Both the position numbers and the translations under genes were made by a program. The notes beneath the pieces are model-generated. The model was given only the letters and a program-made list of their open reading frames with translations, was not told where the DNA came from and ran no database searches. Below are positions 46,762 to 58,500 of a DNA stretch of 64,000 nt, one piece after another. The stretch is from Candidatus Woesearchaeota archaeon (GTDB lineage: Archaea; Nanobdellota; Nanobdellia; SCGC-AAA011-G17; UBA489): the NCBI GenBank assembly GCA_964390715.1, contig CAYMIM010000013.1:27311-91310 (forward strand). The letters run 5' to 3'. Each line of letters begins with the position of its first letter. The stretch's first letter is position 1.

Positions 46762-48560
46762 CTGACATATTCATAGACCAAAAGTATGCGGGCACAGCGG
46801 ATCATCCAGAGAGTTTTATCAAGAAAGCTCGCGATGAGCGTCAGAAAGGTAAGATCTCAGGAACTATGAATATATCCTATAAAAAAGAGCTCAATGAAAT
46901 TCATGTAGAGACTTCCAAGGGTCGTGTACGAAGACCATTGCTTATTGTTGAAAACGGCAAGAGCAGACTCACGCTAGAGCATATGAAAAAAATAGAAAAG
47001 GGAGAAATGGCATGGAAAGATTTGATCAAGGAAGGAATTATTGAGTATCTTGACGCGGCTGAAGAAGAAGGCGCGTATGTCGCGTTAGCGGAAACTGAAA
47101 TTACTCCAGATCATACGCATGTAGAAATTTCTCCTAGCACTATTCTCGGTTTAACAACATCTTTAGTGCCATTCTCAAACTATGGTCAGTCTTCACGTTT
47201 AAACAGAGGATCCAAAGCGCAGAAACAAGCCTTAGGTTTTTACTCCGCGAACTATTTGCAACGCATGGACACTGATGTCAATATGCTCCATTATCCGCAA
47301 AATCCTATAGTTCGTTCCTTCACCTATGAAATCTCAGAACAGCATAAGCATCCTGCTGGTCAAAACATAGTCATTGCCTTGATGAGTTACGAAGGCTATA
47401 ATATGCAGGACTCCATTGTACTTAATCAGGGATCTATTCAACGCAGTCTCGCCCGTTCCACTTATTTCCGTCCATACAAAGCGGAAGAATTACGATACTC
47501 TGGTGGTCTAGTCGATGAAATCGGTATTCCTAATAAGGAAGTCAAGGCTTACCGCGCGGAACATGATTATCGATTGCTAGAAGAAGACGGTATTGTCTAT
47601 CCAGAAGCGACCATCGGTGAAGATGATGTTATCATTGGAAAAACCTCTCCTCCACGTTTCTTGGGTGAATTAGATGAGTTCAGCATCGCGGCAAACAAGA
47701 GAAGAGAAAGTTCAGTCACAACAAAGAATAATGAAGAGGGAAAAATAGATGCTATTGTTATCACAGACAACGAAGAAGGAAATAAATTAATCCAAGTGCG
47801 TGTGCGTCACCTGCGTATTCCAGAAATCGGAGATAAGTTCGCTTCTCGTCATGGTCAAAAGGGAGTTGTAGGTCTTATTGTTCCAGAAGCGGACATGCCT
47901 TTCACAACATCAGGTATTGTGCCGGATTTAATTTTCTCTCCGCACTCCATCCCATCGCGTATGACGATCTCTCACTTGATCGAGATTGTCGCCGGAAAAG
48001 TTGGTGCTTTATTAGGCAGAACAATTGATGGTACAGCGTTCGCGTCAGAATCAGAAAAAGACTTGCGTAAAAGTTTGTTAGAAATGGGCTTCAGAGAAAA
48101 TGGAACAGAGACCATGTACTCTGGAATTAGTGGAGAACGCCTCAAGGCAAAAATCTATATTGGTAATATGTACTACTTAAGATTAAAGCACATGGTTGCG
48201 AATAAGTTGCATGCGCGCGCATCCGGTCGTATCCAGCTCTTAACTCGCCAGCCAATTGAGGGTCGCGCTAAAGGCGGAGGTCTCAGATTGGGAGAGATGG
48301 AGAAAGATTGTTTGGTTGCTCACGGAGCGTCGCTCTTATTGAAGGAACGCTTCGATTCAGACAAGACAACCATCTATGTCTGTGAAGAATGTGGTATGCT
48401 CGCGGTCTACGATGATTTCCGCAATAACAGGTTCTGTCACCGATGTGGCAGCAATGTCACGATCAATGTCGTAGAAATTTCCTACGCGTTCAAATTACTT
48501 TTGGATGAATTAAAGGCGCTGGGCATCGCTCCACGCTTAAAATTGAGGAACAAGTACTAA
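46758..48560 (+). CDS. rpoB1: DNA-directed RNA polymerase subunit B' (C-terminal half of RpoB)
   Basis: GDKFASRHGQKGVVG (Rpb2 catalytic region), C-terminal zinc ribbon CEECGMLAVYDD...CHRCGSN. Confidence 0.9.
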   Translation: MTDIFIDQKYAGTADHPESFIKKARDERQKGKISGTMNISYKKELNEIHVETSKGRVRRPLLIVENGKSRLTLEHMKKIEKGEMAWKDLIKEGIIEYLDAAEEEGAYVALAETEITPDHTHVEISPSTILGLTTSLVPFSNYGQSSRLNRGSKAQKQALGFYSANYLQRMDTDVNMLHYPQNPIVRSFTYEISEQHKHPAGQNIVIALMSYEGYNMQDSIVLNQGSIQRSLARSTYFRPYKAEELRYSGGLVDEIGIPNKEVKAYRAEHDYRLLEEDGIVYPEATIGEDDVIIGKTSPPRFLGELDEFSIAANKRRESSVTTKNNEEGKIDAIVITDNEEGNKLIQVRVRHLRIPEIGDKFASRHGQKGVVGLIVPEADMPFTTSGIVPDLIFSPHSIPSRMTISHLIEIVAGKVGALLGRTIDGTAFASESEKDLRKSLLEMGFRENGTETMYSGISGERLKAKIYIGNMYYLRLKHMVANKLHARASGRIQLLTRQPIEGRAKGGGLRLGEMEKDCLVAHGASLLLKERFDSDKTTIYVCEECGMLAVYDDFRNNRFCHRCGSNVTINVVEISYAFKLLLDELKALGIAPRLKLRNKY

Positions 48561-48561
48561 C

Positions 48562-51150
48562 ATGGCGGCAAACGACTACAAATTCAAGGAAATAGACAAA
48601 ATAGTCTTCGGGATGATTAGTCCGCAGGAGATAGAAAAAAGCTCTGCTGTAAAAGTAGTGACTGCTGAATTGTATGACAAGGAAGGATATCCTGTTGATG
48701 GTGGCCTTATGGACATTCGCCTCGGTGTTATTGATCCTGGTCTCCGCTGTAAAACATGTGGTTCTAAATTAAAAGAGTGTATTGGTCACTTTGGTAATAT
48801 TGAATTGGCTCGCCCAGTAGTCCATGTCTCTTACGCTGGAAAAGTCTACGAGCTATTGAAAGCCATTTGCCGTGAATGCAATCGTTTATTGCTTGAAGAG
48901 GAAACAGCAACAAAGTACAGGACGCTTTATCAAAAGTTTAGGAAAGAAAAAAACTTTGAATACTTAAGAAAATTAGCGAAGTTAGCCATCGGAAAAGCGA
49001 AGCTCGCGAAGAAATGTCCTCACTGTAACGCGAAGCAGACAGCCATCAAGGTAGAAAAGCCAACAACCTTCATCGAAGGAGACAAGCGCTTATCACCTAT
49101 TGAAGTTCGTGCGCGTTTGGGAAAGATACAGGAAAAAGACTTGGAATTAATGGGAATGGATCCTTCGCAAGCTCGCCCAGAATGGATGATCTTGACCTTA
49201 TTACCTATTCCTCCAGTAACCATGCGTCCTTCTATCACATTAGAGACAGGAGAACGTTCAGAAGATGATTTAACACACAAGTTAGGAGATATCGTTCGCA
49301 TTAATCAGAGATTATTTGAGAACATTAACGCTGGTGCGCCAGAAATTATTGTTGAAGATCTCTGGGACTTATTGCAGTACCACGTCACAACTTATTTCGA
49401 CAACACCATCACGCAAATTCCTCCTGCTCGTCACAGATCAGGTCAGGCGTTGAAGACATTGACAGAGCGTATCAAGAGTAAAGAAGGTCGCTTCCGTCAC
49501 AACTTGGCTGGTAAAAGAGTCAACTTCGCCGCTCGTACAGTCATCTCTCCAGATCCAATGATCGAATTCAATGAAGTAGGTATTCCAAAATCTGTCGCCA
49601 TGGAATTAACTATTCCAGAGCGGGTGACTGAATGGAACAAGGAGTGGCTGCTCTCTTTAGTGAAAAATGGTCCAAAAGAATATCCTGGCGCTAATTATGT
49701 AATCGCTCCCGACGGCAAAAAACGTAAGATCACCAAAGAAACGCAAGAGCAATTGATTGTAGAAATAAAAGAGGGTTATATTGTAGAAAGACACTTGTTA
49801 GATGGAGAAATCGCGCTCTTTAATCGTCAGCCTTCATTGCACAGAATGAGTATCATGTGTCACAAAGTAAAAGTGTTGCCTGGACGCTCATTTAGATTAA
49901 ATCCAAGTGTATGTAATCCTTACAACGCTGACTTCGATGGTGATGAAATGAACTTGCATATTCCACAAACCGAAGAAGCTCGCGCTGAAGCGGAAATCTT
50001 GATGCAGGTGCAGACACAAATCATGTCACCAAAGAATGGATACAACGTCATCGGATGTGTTGAGGACTCTGTTACAGGAAACTATTTGCTCACCAAGAAG
50101 CTCATCATCTCAAGAGAAGATGCGATAGACTTAATGACTTCTATTGGTATTTTCGACGTTAAGTTCGACAAGGAAATGGTAAGGGGAGTTGAGCTAATTA
50201 GTAAATTATTCCCTGAAGACTTCTATTTCTACGGAACAGCGAAGCAGAAAGATGAAAGTGGTGCTGAAGCCTTCCTTACTATCAAGAAAGGAAAGATTAT
50301 CTCAGGATACATTGACGACAACAGTATTGGAGAAAACAATGGTGAGCTCGTCAGAGAGTTCTATAGAAAATATGGACAGGACAGAACACTTGTCTTGCTC
50401 GGTAGCTTGTTCAAATTAGGTATTAAAGTATTGGCAAAATATGGATTTAGTACAACCATTGGAGATACAGACATTCCAGAAGAAGCGATCGAGAAAATCG
50501 ATGAATTGATCGCGATCGCGTACAAAGGAGTAGAAGAGTTAATCAAAGAATATGATTCTGGTAAGTTGGAAGAATTACCGGGAAAGACACGAAGAGAAAC
50601 TTTGGAAGTGAAAAGCTTGGAAATCTTAAACAAGGTGCGTAACAAAGTGGGTAATCTCGCTTCACAGTATGCTGATGAAAGTAATCCTACAATTATCATG
50701 GCTCGCTCTGGCGCTAAAGGAAATATTCTGAACTTCACGCAGATGTCTGCTTGTGTCGGTCAGCAAGCCTTAGGTGGTCAGAGAATCCAGCGTGGTTACA
50801 GAAATCGCACATTATCTTTATTCAAGCAGGGAGACTTAGGTCCTATCGCGCATGGTTTCGTCAAGAGTTCCTTCAAGAAAGGATTGACTCCTATGGAATT
50901 TTTCTTCCACGCTATGACTGGTCGTGACGCTCTGATGGACACTGCTCTCCGTACGCCAAAATCTGGTTACTTGTACAGGCGTCTCGCTAATGCATTACAA
51001 GATTTAAAGATTGAATATGATGGTACAGTCAGAAACGCTCGTAAAGGCATCGTCCAGTACAAGTATGGTGACGATGGTGTTGATGTCTCAAAAAGTGAGG
51101 GAGGAAAGATCAGCGTCAAGAAAGCTATCGCTGACGTCTTAGGACAATAA
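48562..51150 (+). CDS. rpoA1: DNA-directed RNA polymerase subunit A'
   Basis: N-terminal zinc motifs, NADFDGDEMNLH catalytic Asp triad. 862 aa. Confidence 0.9.
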   Translation: MAANDYKFKEIDKIVFGMISPQEIEKSSAVKVVTAELYDKEGYPVDGGLMDIRLGVIDPGLRCKTCGSKLKECIGHFGNIELARPVVHVSYAGKVYELLKAICRECNRLLLEEETATKYRTLYQKFRKEKNFEYLRKLAKLAIGKAKLAKKCPHCNAKQTAIKVEKPTTFIEGDKRLSPIEVRARLGKIQEKDLELMGMDPSQARPEWMILTLLPIPPVTMRPSITLETGERSEDDLTHKLGDIVRINQRLFENINAGAPEIIVEDLWDLLQYHVTTYFDNTITQIPPARHRSGQALKTLTERIKSKEGRFRHNLAGKRVNFAARTVISPDPMIEFNEVGIPKSVAMELTIPERVTEWNKEWLLSLVKNGPKEYPGANYVIAPDGKKRKITKETQEQLIVEIKEGYIVERHLLDGEIALFNRQPSLHRMSIMCHKVKVLPGRSFRLNPSVCNPYNADFDGDEMNLHIPQTEEARAEAEILMQVQTQIMSPKNGYNVIGCVEDSVTGNYLLTKKLIISREDAIDLMTSIGIFDVKFDKEMVRGVELISKLFPEDFYFYGTAKQKDESGAEAFLTIKKGKIISGYIDDNSIGENNGELVREFYRKYGQDRTLVLLGSLFKLGIKVLAKYGFSTTIGDTDIPEEAIEKIDELIAIAYKGVEELIKEYDSGKLEELPGKTRRETLEVKSLEILNKVRNKVGNLASQYADESNPTIIMARSGAKGNILNFTQMSACVGQQALGGQRIQRGYRNRTLSLFKQGDLGPIAHGFVKSSFKKGLTPMEFFFHAMTGRDALMDTALRTPKSGYLYRRLANALQDLKIEYDGTVRNARKGIVQYKYGDDGVDVSKSEGGKISVKKAIADVLGQ

Positions 51151-51151
51151 C

Positions 51152-53755
51152 ATGGAAGACCAAATCTACAAGGACTACGAAGGAAAGCTGCCGAAGAAAG
51201 TTATCGAAGAGATAAGGCTAGAAGCGAAAGAACGAAATCTTAGCAAAGACCAGCTCAAGAAAGTGCTCGAGTACTTGAAAGAAGAATATGACGCCGCGAA
51301 AATAAACCCTGGTGAAGCTATTGGTATTCTCACAGCGGAATCATTCGGTGAGCCAGGTACGCAGATGTCCATAGCGAAAGAAGAAAAGATTCTAGTCAAG
51401 ATAAAGAACAATATCAAAATTGTAGAAATTGGCAGTCTCATTGATCGTATTATGAGGACAAAGGGGTCGTTAAAACTCCATGAACATTCAGAAGTAACAC
51501 CTATGCACGATCTTGATATAAGTGTGATAAGTATTACTCCAGAAGAAAAAATAGAATGGAAAAAGGTAGTAGAGTGTAGTCGACATCTCTGTGAAAAAAA
51601 ATTGCTCAAGATCACAACAGCGTCAGGCAGAACCATTACTGCGACAGATAATCATTCATTTGTTACAAGAAGAAACAATACTGTCGTCCCGATTCTAGGA
51701 AGCCAGTTAATATGTGGCATGCGCATTCCTGTGATCAATCACATGCCACTAGAGCGAGAGAGAATAACAAAGATCGATCTGAAAGAATTTTTAGAAGAGG
51801 AGTACATCACAGAGAACAGTCAGGGATTGTTGGAGACAGCGTACCATGCGAAGCCAATCCCAAGGTATCTTGAGCTTACAGAGGAATTAGGATGGTTCAT
51901 AGGAGCGTACCTCGCGGAAGGCGCGGCGTCTACGGGTCAAGTCATGATTTCGAATATGAATAACAACTATATAGCGAATGCGGCTAGTTTCACAACAAGC
52001 ATAGGGTTAGATTACAAAGAAGATCTACATCACAGAGGATTTAGTAATTCTCGAGATCTTAAGATATCCTCAAGTTTGCTTGCGAGATTTATCGGAAGAT
52101 CGTGTGGTCAAGGAGCAAGCGGAAAGAAAGTGCCTGAATTTGCTTATAACGCTCCCGATGAATTTATCCATGGTCTACTGCGAGGATACTTTGACGGCGA
52201 TGGTAACTTCCAGGTGGAGAGAAAAATGATAAGAAGTTCTTCAAACTCCAAGCAGTTGTCGGATAATATAGCGTTGCTCTTAGCGCGAAAAAATATATTT
52301 TCCTATAAAACAACAGATAAAAAAGGTCAGCATTGGCTGTTGATCCCGTACAAATATGCTCCTCTTTATTTGGAGTATATTGGTTCTGACATCGACTATA
52401 AAGAAAAAGATTTACAAACGTTGGCGGAGAAAGCGAAGAGATTTTGGAATGTGCGTAGTCAGGATTATACCGACATGATAAGTGGCTTCGACGACTTATT
52501 TGTAAAGGCTGCGAAAAAAATTAATCTTCCAACACGATATGTGAATAGCTGTACCAAACGACAAAAAATAGGAAGAACAGCGCTTTTCAGATACATCAAG
52601 AAATTCGAGGAAAAGGCGAAAGAACTGCGAGTAGATCTTAGCGAAGAGCTCACGATAATGCGAAGAATGTTCCATGCGGACGTTATTTGGGACGAGATTG
52701 AAAGCATAGAACAGACAGATAGCGAAGAGTATGTGTATGACCTCTCTGTTCCGGGGCTAGAGACATTCACAACCGCGGAAGGCATAGTAGTGCATAATAC
52801 ATTAAACGTGTTCCACTTCGCTGGTGTAGCTGAAGTATCCGTTACCCAAGGATTACCTCGTCTTATTGAAATCTTAGACGCTCGCAAGGAAATCTCCACG
52901 CCATCCATGGAAATCTTCCTCAAGAAAAGTATCAACAAAGACATGCTGGAAGTAAAGCGTGTCGCTGCTCTGATCAAAGAGACAAAGCTGAATGAAATCG
53001 CGACAGAATTTTCTATTGACTTGAACAAGTTACAAGTGGAAGTCCAGTTAAACCAGCATCGCCTGAAAGATCTCAAATTGAAGCCAGATCAAGTTGCTGA
53101 AGCGCTCAACGCGAATATGAAGGGCGTAAAAGCGAGCGTCAGTGGTGAAAAAATCGTTATAAAAACAAAAGCGGAAGAAAATGAGTTGATGGAAACCTAC
53201 AAGATCAAGGAAAAGGCGAAGGAAGTCTTCATCAAAGGTGTTAAAGGAATCAAGCAGGTGTTGCCAGTAAAGAATGGTGAAGAGTATGTTATCATCACAG
53301 CGGGTTCCAACTTAAAAGATGTCATTGAAGTCGAGGAAGTAGATGAAACACGGACAACCACCAACAGCTTATTCGAAGTTCTAAAAGTGTTTGGTGTCGA
53401 AGCTGGTCGTCAAAATATCATCAAAGAAGCGCAAAAAGTCATTGAAGATCAAGGTCTTGATGTGGATGTTCGTCACATTATGTTCATCGCGGATGCCATG
53501 ACTACCTCAGGCACCATTAAAGGTATCACGCGTTCAGGTATCACTGGGGAGAAAAAATCCGTTTTGGCTCGCGCGAGCTTCGAGACTCCTTTGAAGCATT
53601 TGATCAACGCGTCAGTCATTGGTGAAGAAGATGACTTAAACTCTGTTATCGAAAATGTCATGCTCAATCAGCCAGTGCCATTAGGTACAGGTCTTCCAGA
53701 CTTGGTCACAAGAATTAAAAAAGACACAATCTCTGGAAAGGAAGGAAAGAAATGA
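51152..53755 (+). CDS. rpoA2: DNA-directed RNA polymerase subunit A'' interrupted by a 477-aa intein
   Basis: Exteins SFGEPGTQM / TLNVFHFAGVAEVSVTQGLPRLIEILDA are contiguous A'' sequence. 867 aa against about 390 aa for an intein-free A''. Confidence 0.85.
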   Translation: MEDQIYKDYEGKLPKKVIEEIRLEAKERNLSKDQLKKVLEYLKEEYDAAKINPGEAIGILTAESFGEPGTQMSIAKEEKILVKIKNNIKIVEIGSLIDRIMRTKGSLKLHEHSEVTPMHDLDISVISITPEEKIEWKKVVECSRHLCEKKLLKITTASGRTITATDNHSFVTRRNNTVVPILGSQLICGMRIPVINHMPLERERITKIDLKEFLEEEYITENSQGLLETAYHAKPIPRYLELTEELGWFIGAYLAEGAASTGQVMISNMNNNYIANAASFTTSIGLDYKEDLHHRGFSNSRDLKISSSLLARFIGRSCGQGASGKKVPEFAYNAPDEFIHGLLRGYFDGDGNFQVERKMIRSSSNSKQLSDNIALLLARKNIFSYKTTDKKGQHWLLIPYKYAPLYLEYIGSDIDYKEKDLQTLAEKAKRFWNVRSQDYTDMISGFDDLFVKAAKKINLPTRYVNSCTKRQKIGRTALFRYIKKFEEKAKELRVDLSEELTIMRRMFHADVIWDEIESIEQTDSEEYVYDLSVPGLETFTTAEGIVVHNTLNVFHFAGVAEVSVTQGLPRLIEILDARKEISTPSMEIFLKKSINKDMLEVKRVAALIKETKLNEIATEFSIDLNKLQVEVQLNQHRLKDLKLKPDQVAEALNANMKGVKASVSGEKIVIKTKAEENELMETYKIKEKAKEVFIKGVKGIKQVLPVKNGEEYVIITAGSNLKDVIEVEEVDETRTTTNSLFEVLKVFGVEAGRQNIIKEAQKVIEDQGLDVDVRHIMFIADAMTTSGTIKGITRSGITGEKKSVLARASFETPLKHLINASVIGEEDDLNSVIENVMLNQPVPLGTGLPDLVTRIKKDTISGKEGKK
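51368..52798 (+). mobile_element. Intein with LAGLIDADG homing endonuclease domain inserted in rpoA'' (Ser1 ... His-Asn, +1 Thr)
   Basis: Begins SIAKEEKIL and ends EGIVVHN, followed by T. LAGLIDADG-like motifs LGWFIGAYLAEGAAS and LRGYFDGDGNF. Confidence 0.8.
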
Positions 53756-54006
53756 GCGTCGAAGAATTAAGAAGCGTCTTGAAGAGTGAAAAAATAACTA
53801 TAGGCTCCAAAGCGGTAGTAAGAAAACTCCGACTTGGACAAGTAAAGAAAGTCTTCATGGCAAACACCTGTCCACAAGCGGTTCGTGACACCATCAAGCG
53901 CTTCGCGGCGTTGAAGAAGATTGAAATTATAGAATTGTCCGTTCCAAGCTCTGAAATCGCGTTGATCTGCAAGAAAAATTATCCCGTCAGTGTTCTTAGT
54001 TGCTAG
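53752..54006 (+). CDS. rpl30e: 50S ribosomal protein L30e
   Basis: ITIGSKAVVRKLRLGQVKKVFMANTCPQAVRDTIKRFAALKKIEIIEL is typical L30e. Canonical position after rpoA''. Confidence 0.8.
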   Translation: MSVEELRSVLKSEKITIGSKAVVRKLRLGQVKKVFMANTCPQAVRDTIKRFAALKKIEIIELSVPSSEIALICKKNYPVSVLSC

Positions 54007-54419
54007 CAATGGAAAAATACGATCTGCAGGCAATGGGTTTCATTACTGTTTTCGAGAAGATAACACATGCGCAGGTCAAAAGATTTTTTACAGACAAGCG
54101 AGGTCAGTTAGTTTTTATTGTTAATGAGGGACAGGCAGGCAAAGCCATAGGAAAATCAGGTATGCACATCAGAAAACTACAACACCTGTTTAAGAAGCGA
54201 ATTCGTGTTGTCGAGTTCAATCAAGATCCAAAAGAGTTCATCAAGAATTATATTGCTCCCTTGCGAGTGGAAAGTGTAGAGTACAAAGAGGATAAAATTA
54301 CGTTGTCCAGTCAAGACACCAAGATCAAAGGGTTGCTCATTGGTCGCGAAAGGCAGAATATCAAAGAACTCAACGCTGTCGTGCGAAAATTCTTCAAAAT
54401 TGAGGTCCTGGTCGCATAA
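54000..54419 (+). CDS. nusA: Archaeal NusA-like transcription factor (two KH domains)
   Basis: GKAIGKSGMHIRKLQHLFKKRIRVVEF...LIGRERQNIKELNAVVRKFF gives KH GxxG motifs. Canonical position. Confidence 0.75.
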   Translation: MLAMEKYDLQAMGFITVFEKITHAQVKRFFTDKRGQLVFIVNEGQAGKAIGKSGMHIRKLQHLFKKRIRVVEFNQDPKEFIKNYIAPLRVESVEYKEDKITLSSQDTKIKGLLIGRERQNIKELNAVVRKFFKIEVLVA

Positions 54420-54484
54420 AACCATCAGAAAAAACAAAAGACACGAAATCTTTATAAAGCGTCCCTGAGTCCTCCTGCTACAAA

Positions 54485-54922
54485 ATGGCCAATAAATCAA
54501 ATGGTTTAAACGCGGCGAAGAAGCTCAAAAACAAGCGAAAGCGCTTCCAATGGGCTGATGCTAATTTTACGCGTCGTGTGTTAAAATTAAAGCAGAAATC
54601 TGATCCTCTCCGTGGTTCTTCACAAGCTCGTGGTATCGTTATTGAGAAGCGTCAGTTAGAAGCTAAACAGCCTAATAGCGCTTTAAGAAAATGTGTCCTA
54701 GTCCAATTAATCAAAAAGGGAAAACAAGTCACCGCGTTCTGTCCTCGTGATGGAGCTATCAAGAAGATTGATGAGCACGATGAAGTCATTATTGAATGTA
54801 TTGGTGGTGCGCAAGGACGTTCTCCCGGAGATCTTCCTGGTGTGCGTTGGAAAGTAATCAAAGTCAACGATCAAAGCTTGGACGCGTTAGTACGCGGCAA
54901 GATCGAGAAGGGTAGACGATGA
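54485..54922 (+). CDS. rps12: 30S ribosomal protein S12
   Basis: [66 protein letters not shown]. Confidence 0.9.
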   Translation: MANKSNGLNAAKKLKNKRKRFQWADANFTRRVLKLKQKSDPLRGSSQARGIVIEKRQLEAKQPNSALRKCVLVQLIKKGKQVTAFCPRDGAIKKIDEHDEVIIECIGGAQGRSPGDLPGVRWKVIKVNDQSLDALVRGKIEKGRR

Positions 54923-55515
54923 ACCTAAAACTATTCGACCGATGGGACTTAACGCAAATCGAAGTAAAGGATCCTGGTCTAAAAAATTATGTCAATCTCT
55001 CCCCCATATTAGTGCCTCGTTCTGGTGGTCGCAACGCGAAGCAACAATTCTACAAAAACAGATGTAATATTGTTGAGCGTTTGATGAATCACTTGATGAT
55101 TTCTGGTCACAAGGGAAAGAAACATTTTATTTCATCCGGAGCTTATGGTGGAAAAAGTCACACTGCTTTTAATATTATAGAAGGCACATTGAAGATGATC
55201 GAAGAAAGAACAAAGAAAAATCCTGTTGAAATATTAGTGCGCGCTATAGAAAACGCTGCGCCTCGTGAAGAAATTACAACTATCGAATATGGCGGCGCGA
55301 AATATCCGCAAGCGGTCGACTGTGCTCCCCAGAGACGTGTTGATTATTCACTTAGGATGATGGTCCAAGGTGCGGCGCACAAAGCTTTCGGAGAAAAAAT
55401 AAAAGTCGAAGAGGCATTGGCTGACGAGATCATGAAGGCGGCGGCTTGCACCAACGCGAGTAACGCGGTCGCGAAAAAATTAGAATTAGAACGTCAGGCT
55501 GACGCTGCTCGTTAA
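54919..55515 (+). CDS. rps7: 30S ribosomal protein S7
   Basis: 198 aa; [14 protein letters not shown]...[44 protein letters not shown] resembles archaeal S7. Confidence 0.85.
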   Translation: MNLKLFDRWDLTQIEVKDPGLKNYVNLSPILVPRSGGRNAKQQFYKNRCNIVERLMNHLMISGHKGKKHFISSGAYGGKSHTAFNIIEGTLKMIEERTKKNPVEILVRAIENAAPREEITTIEYGGAKYPQAVDCAPQRRVDYSLRMMVQGAAHKAFGEKIKVEEALADEIMKAAACTNASNAVAKKLELERQADAAR

Positions 55516-55539
55516 TCATTCTAAAAAAGAGTTTCAACT

Positions 55540-58500
55540 ATGCCACCATCTGACGCAGCAAATGAAATCATGGAGCTTGCTAAAGTACCAGCCCACATTA
55601 GAAATATTTGTACTTCTGCGCACATTCATCACGGAAAATGCATTGATGGTAAAAGTAGACTTATTCTAGCAAATGGTGAGATTAAAACTGCCGAGCAAAT
55701 CTATCAACTAGCGGAACAAAAAGGGCAGAAGTTTGAAGAGAAAGAAGAACATACTATCTACGACATTTCAAAAGAAAACATCACTATTTTTTCCTTAAAT
55801 CAAGCTACAGGTCAATTAGAAAAGAAAAATGTAAGCTTGGCATGGAAATTGAAAGGTGGTCAGGTTATCAAAATAAAACTAAGAAATGGTTTTGATATCA
55901 CAAGCACTCCAGAACACAAGTATATAGTGTTTAAAAATATGCAGTTTGTAGAGAAAATTGCTGGAGAATTGCGATTAGGTGACAATATAGTCTGCGCAAG
56001 AAAAACGAATGTTGATGCAAATATAGATCTAAAAAAGGAAATGCTTGAGCTATTAAGAAATAAAAACTTCTATGTTTGTCTAAAAGAAGACTTTGTTGCA
56101 CAATTAAAACAAAAGATATTTGCATATGGCACAGAAAAATTAGTAAAAGAAATAAACTCGCCAATCAAGCCTAAATCATTCTACCATGGTATTTGGCAAA
56201 AAAGAATATTGTTAAACGATCTACTTAATGCATGTAAAATATTCGATATAACTGAAATTTACGATAAAATAGAAACCATCGTCTATAGAACAGGAAAACA
56301 ACGAGGCCATAACTCATTACCTATAAAATTGCCGCAGAATTTTGCAAATTTCTTCTATTTAGCTGGATTATTTACTGGTGATGGCTCTTCTAAGCGGTTT
56401 ATTGTAGGCAAAGAAGAACTAAGAAAAGAATTTATCAGTATATGTCAAGAGATAGGCTGTAATGCTACAGAAAAGAACGACAAAGGAAAAACACCTGCTC
56501 TTGAAACCAATAAAACTCTGCTTCATATGCTTAATACAATCTTTGACTATCCATTAAAACAAAAGAGTCATAATGTTAAAATTTCAACTTTTGTCTGGAA
56601 AAGTCCAAAAGAGCTTATTGGAAAATTCCTTAAAGGTTACTTTGACACTGATGGCACGGTAGAGTTATCTAGAGGTGCTATTTCAATTTATTCAGCTAGC
56701 AAACAAATGATGAAAGATCTGCCGTTACTTTTGTTACGCTTTGGGATTGTTCCTATTGTCAATAACGATAACATATACATTAGTGGATTTTCAGTAGAGC
56801 AATATAATAAACAAATTGGATTCAATGTCAAACACAAAGAACAACGAGCAAAAGCATTAGCAACAAATGCTATAGGTAGCTATGTAACTGACTGGATTAA
56901 TCTCACAACAGAAACAAGAGTAAGTAAACACAATACACAAAAATTAGTACAATTGGGTCTCAAAGAACAAGTGCAAAATAAATTCTTCAACGATGATTTA
57001 GTATACATTCAAGTCACAGGCATTGAAGAAGGGTATGAAGAAACAGTTTATGATTTCACAGTTCCAGACAATCATACCTTTATAGCCGAAGGCATTGTCA
57101 TGCATAATACGGCGCTCACAGACAACCTCCTTGCGGCTTCCGGTCACATAAGCTCTAAGGCGGCAGGCGACTTGGACAAAGGTATGGCGACTTGGCAGCA
57201 CGCTGATGAGCAAGAGCGTTTGATGACTGTCGATGCGGCTAATGTATCCATGATCCACACGTTTGAGAATACTAAATATCTTATCAACTTGATCGACACG
57301 CCAGGACACGTTGACTTCGGAGGTAACGTCACTCGTGCCATGAGAGCCATTGACGGAACTATTGTGTTAATTTGCGCGGTAGAAGGGATCATGCCGCAGA
57401 CAGAAACTGTCGTTCGTCAAGCCATTCGTGAACGCGTCAAGCCAGTCCTCTTCATCAACAAAGTCGATCGCTTGATCAACGAATTAAAATTCACGCCTGA
57501 GCAAATGCAGGAGCGTTTCTTGAAATTAATCACGGAGTTCAACACCTTAATCGAGAACACCGCTGAAGATGAGTACAAACAAAAATGGAAAGTAGACATT
57601 CTTAATGGCAGTGTCGCTTTTGGTTCTGCTCGTGAGAACTGGGCTTTATCTATTCCTTACATGAAGAATAAAAATGTTTCTTTCAAGGATATTGTCAATC
57701 TCTACAAAGAGGACGTGACTGAGGAGAATCGCCAAAAATGGATCTGGGAAAAGGCTCCCGTCTTTGAAGTCATTCTCGACATGGTCATCAAGCACTTGCC
57801 CAACCCTTTGGAAGCGCAAAAATATCGTATTCCGCACATTTGGCATGGAGATTTAGAGACGCAATTCGGTAAAGATTTATTAGTGGGAAATCCTAATGGA
57901 AAAATAGCGTTCGTCATCACGCGTATCACTATCGATCCAAGATTTGGTCGTGAATTATGCGCGGGTCGTTTATTTTCTGGCACAGTCAGAGCTGGGCAAA
58001 CAGTCTGGTTGAACAACGCGAAATCAACGCAAAGAATCGCTCAAGTCTTTATGTATAAAGGTATCAAGCCTGAATCTTTAGACTCTGTTTCCGCGGGAAA
58101 TGTCCTGGCCTTAGGCGGTATTTCTGGTATGGCTGGTGAAACTATTACTGAGGGACCAGAGCAGCCATTCGAGGAATTAAAGCACATTTTCGAGCCGGTC
58201 ATCACCAAATCTATCGAACCACTTAAGCCACAAGACTTGCCAAAGCTCGTGGAAGTTTTGAAGAAAGTATTGAAAGAAGATCCCTCTATCAAGATTGATA
58301 TCAACCAGGAAACGGGTGAAAATTTGATCCATGGTATGGGTGAATTGCACCTAGAGATTATTGAGAATCGTATCAAGACAGAAAAAGGATTGGACATTAA
58401 AACGTCTCCTCCTATTGTAGTCTATCGTGAATCAATGCAAAAGCCTGGTCAGGAAATGGAAGGAAAATCTCCCAATAAGCACAACAAATTCTATATTGTC

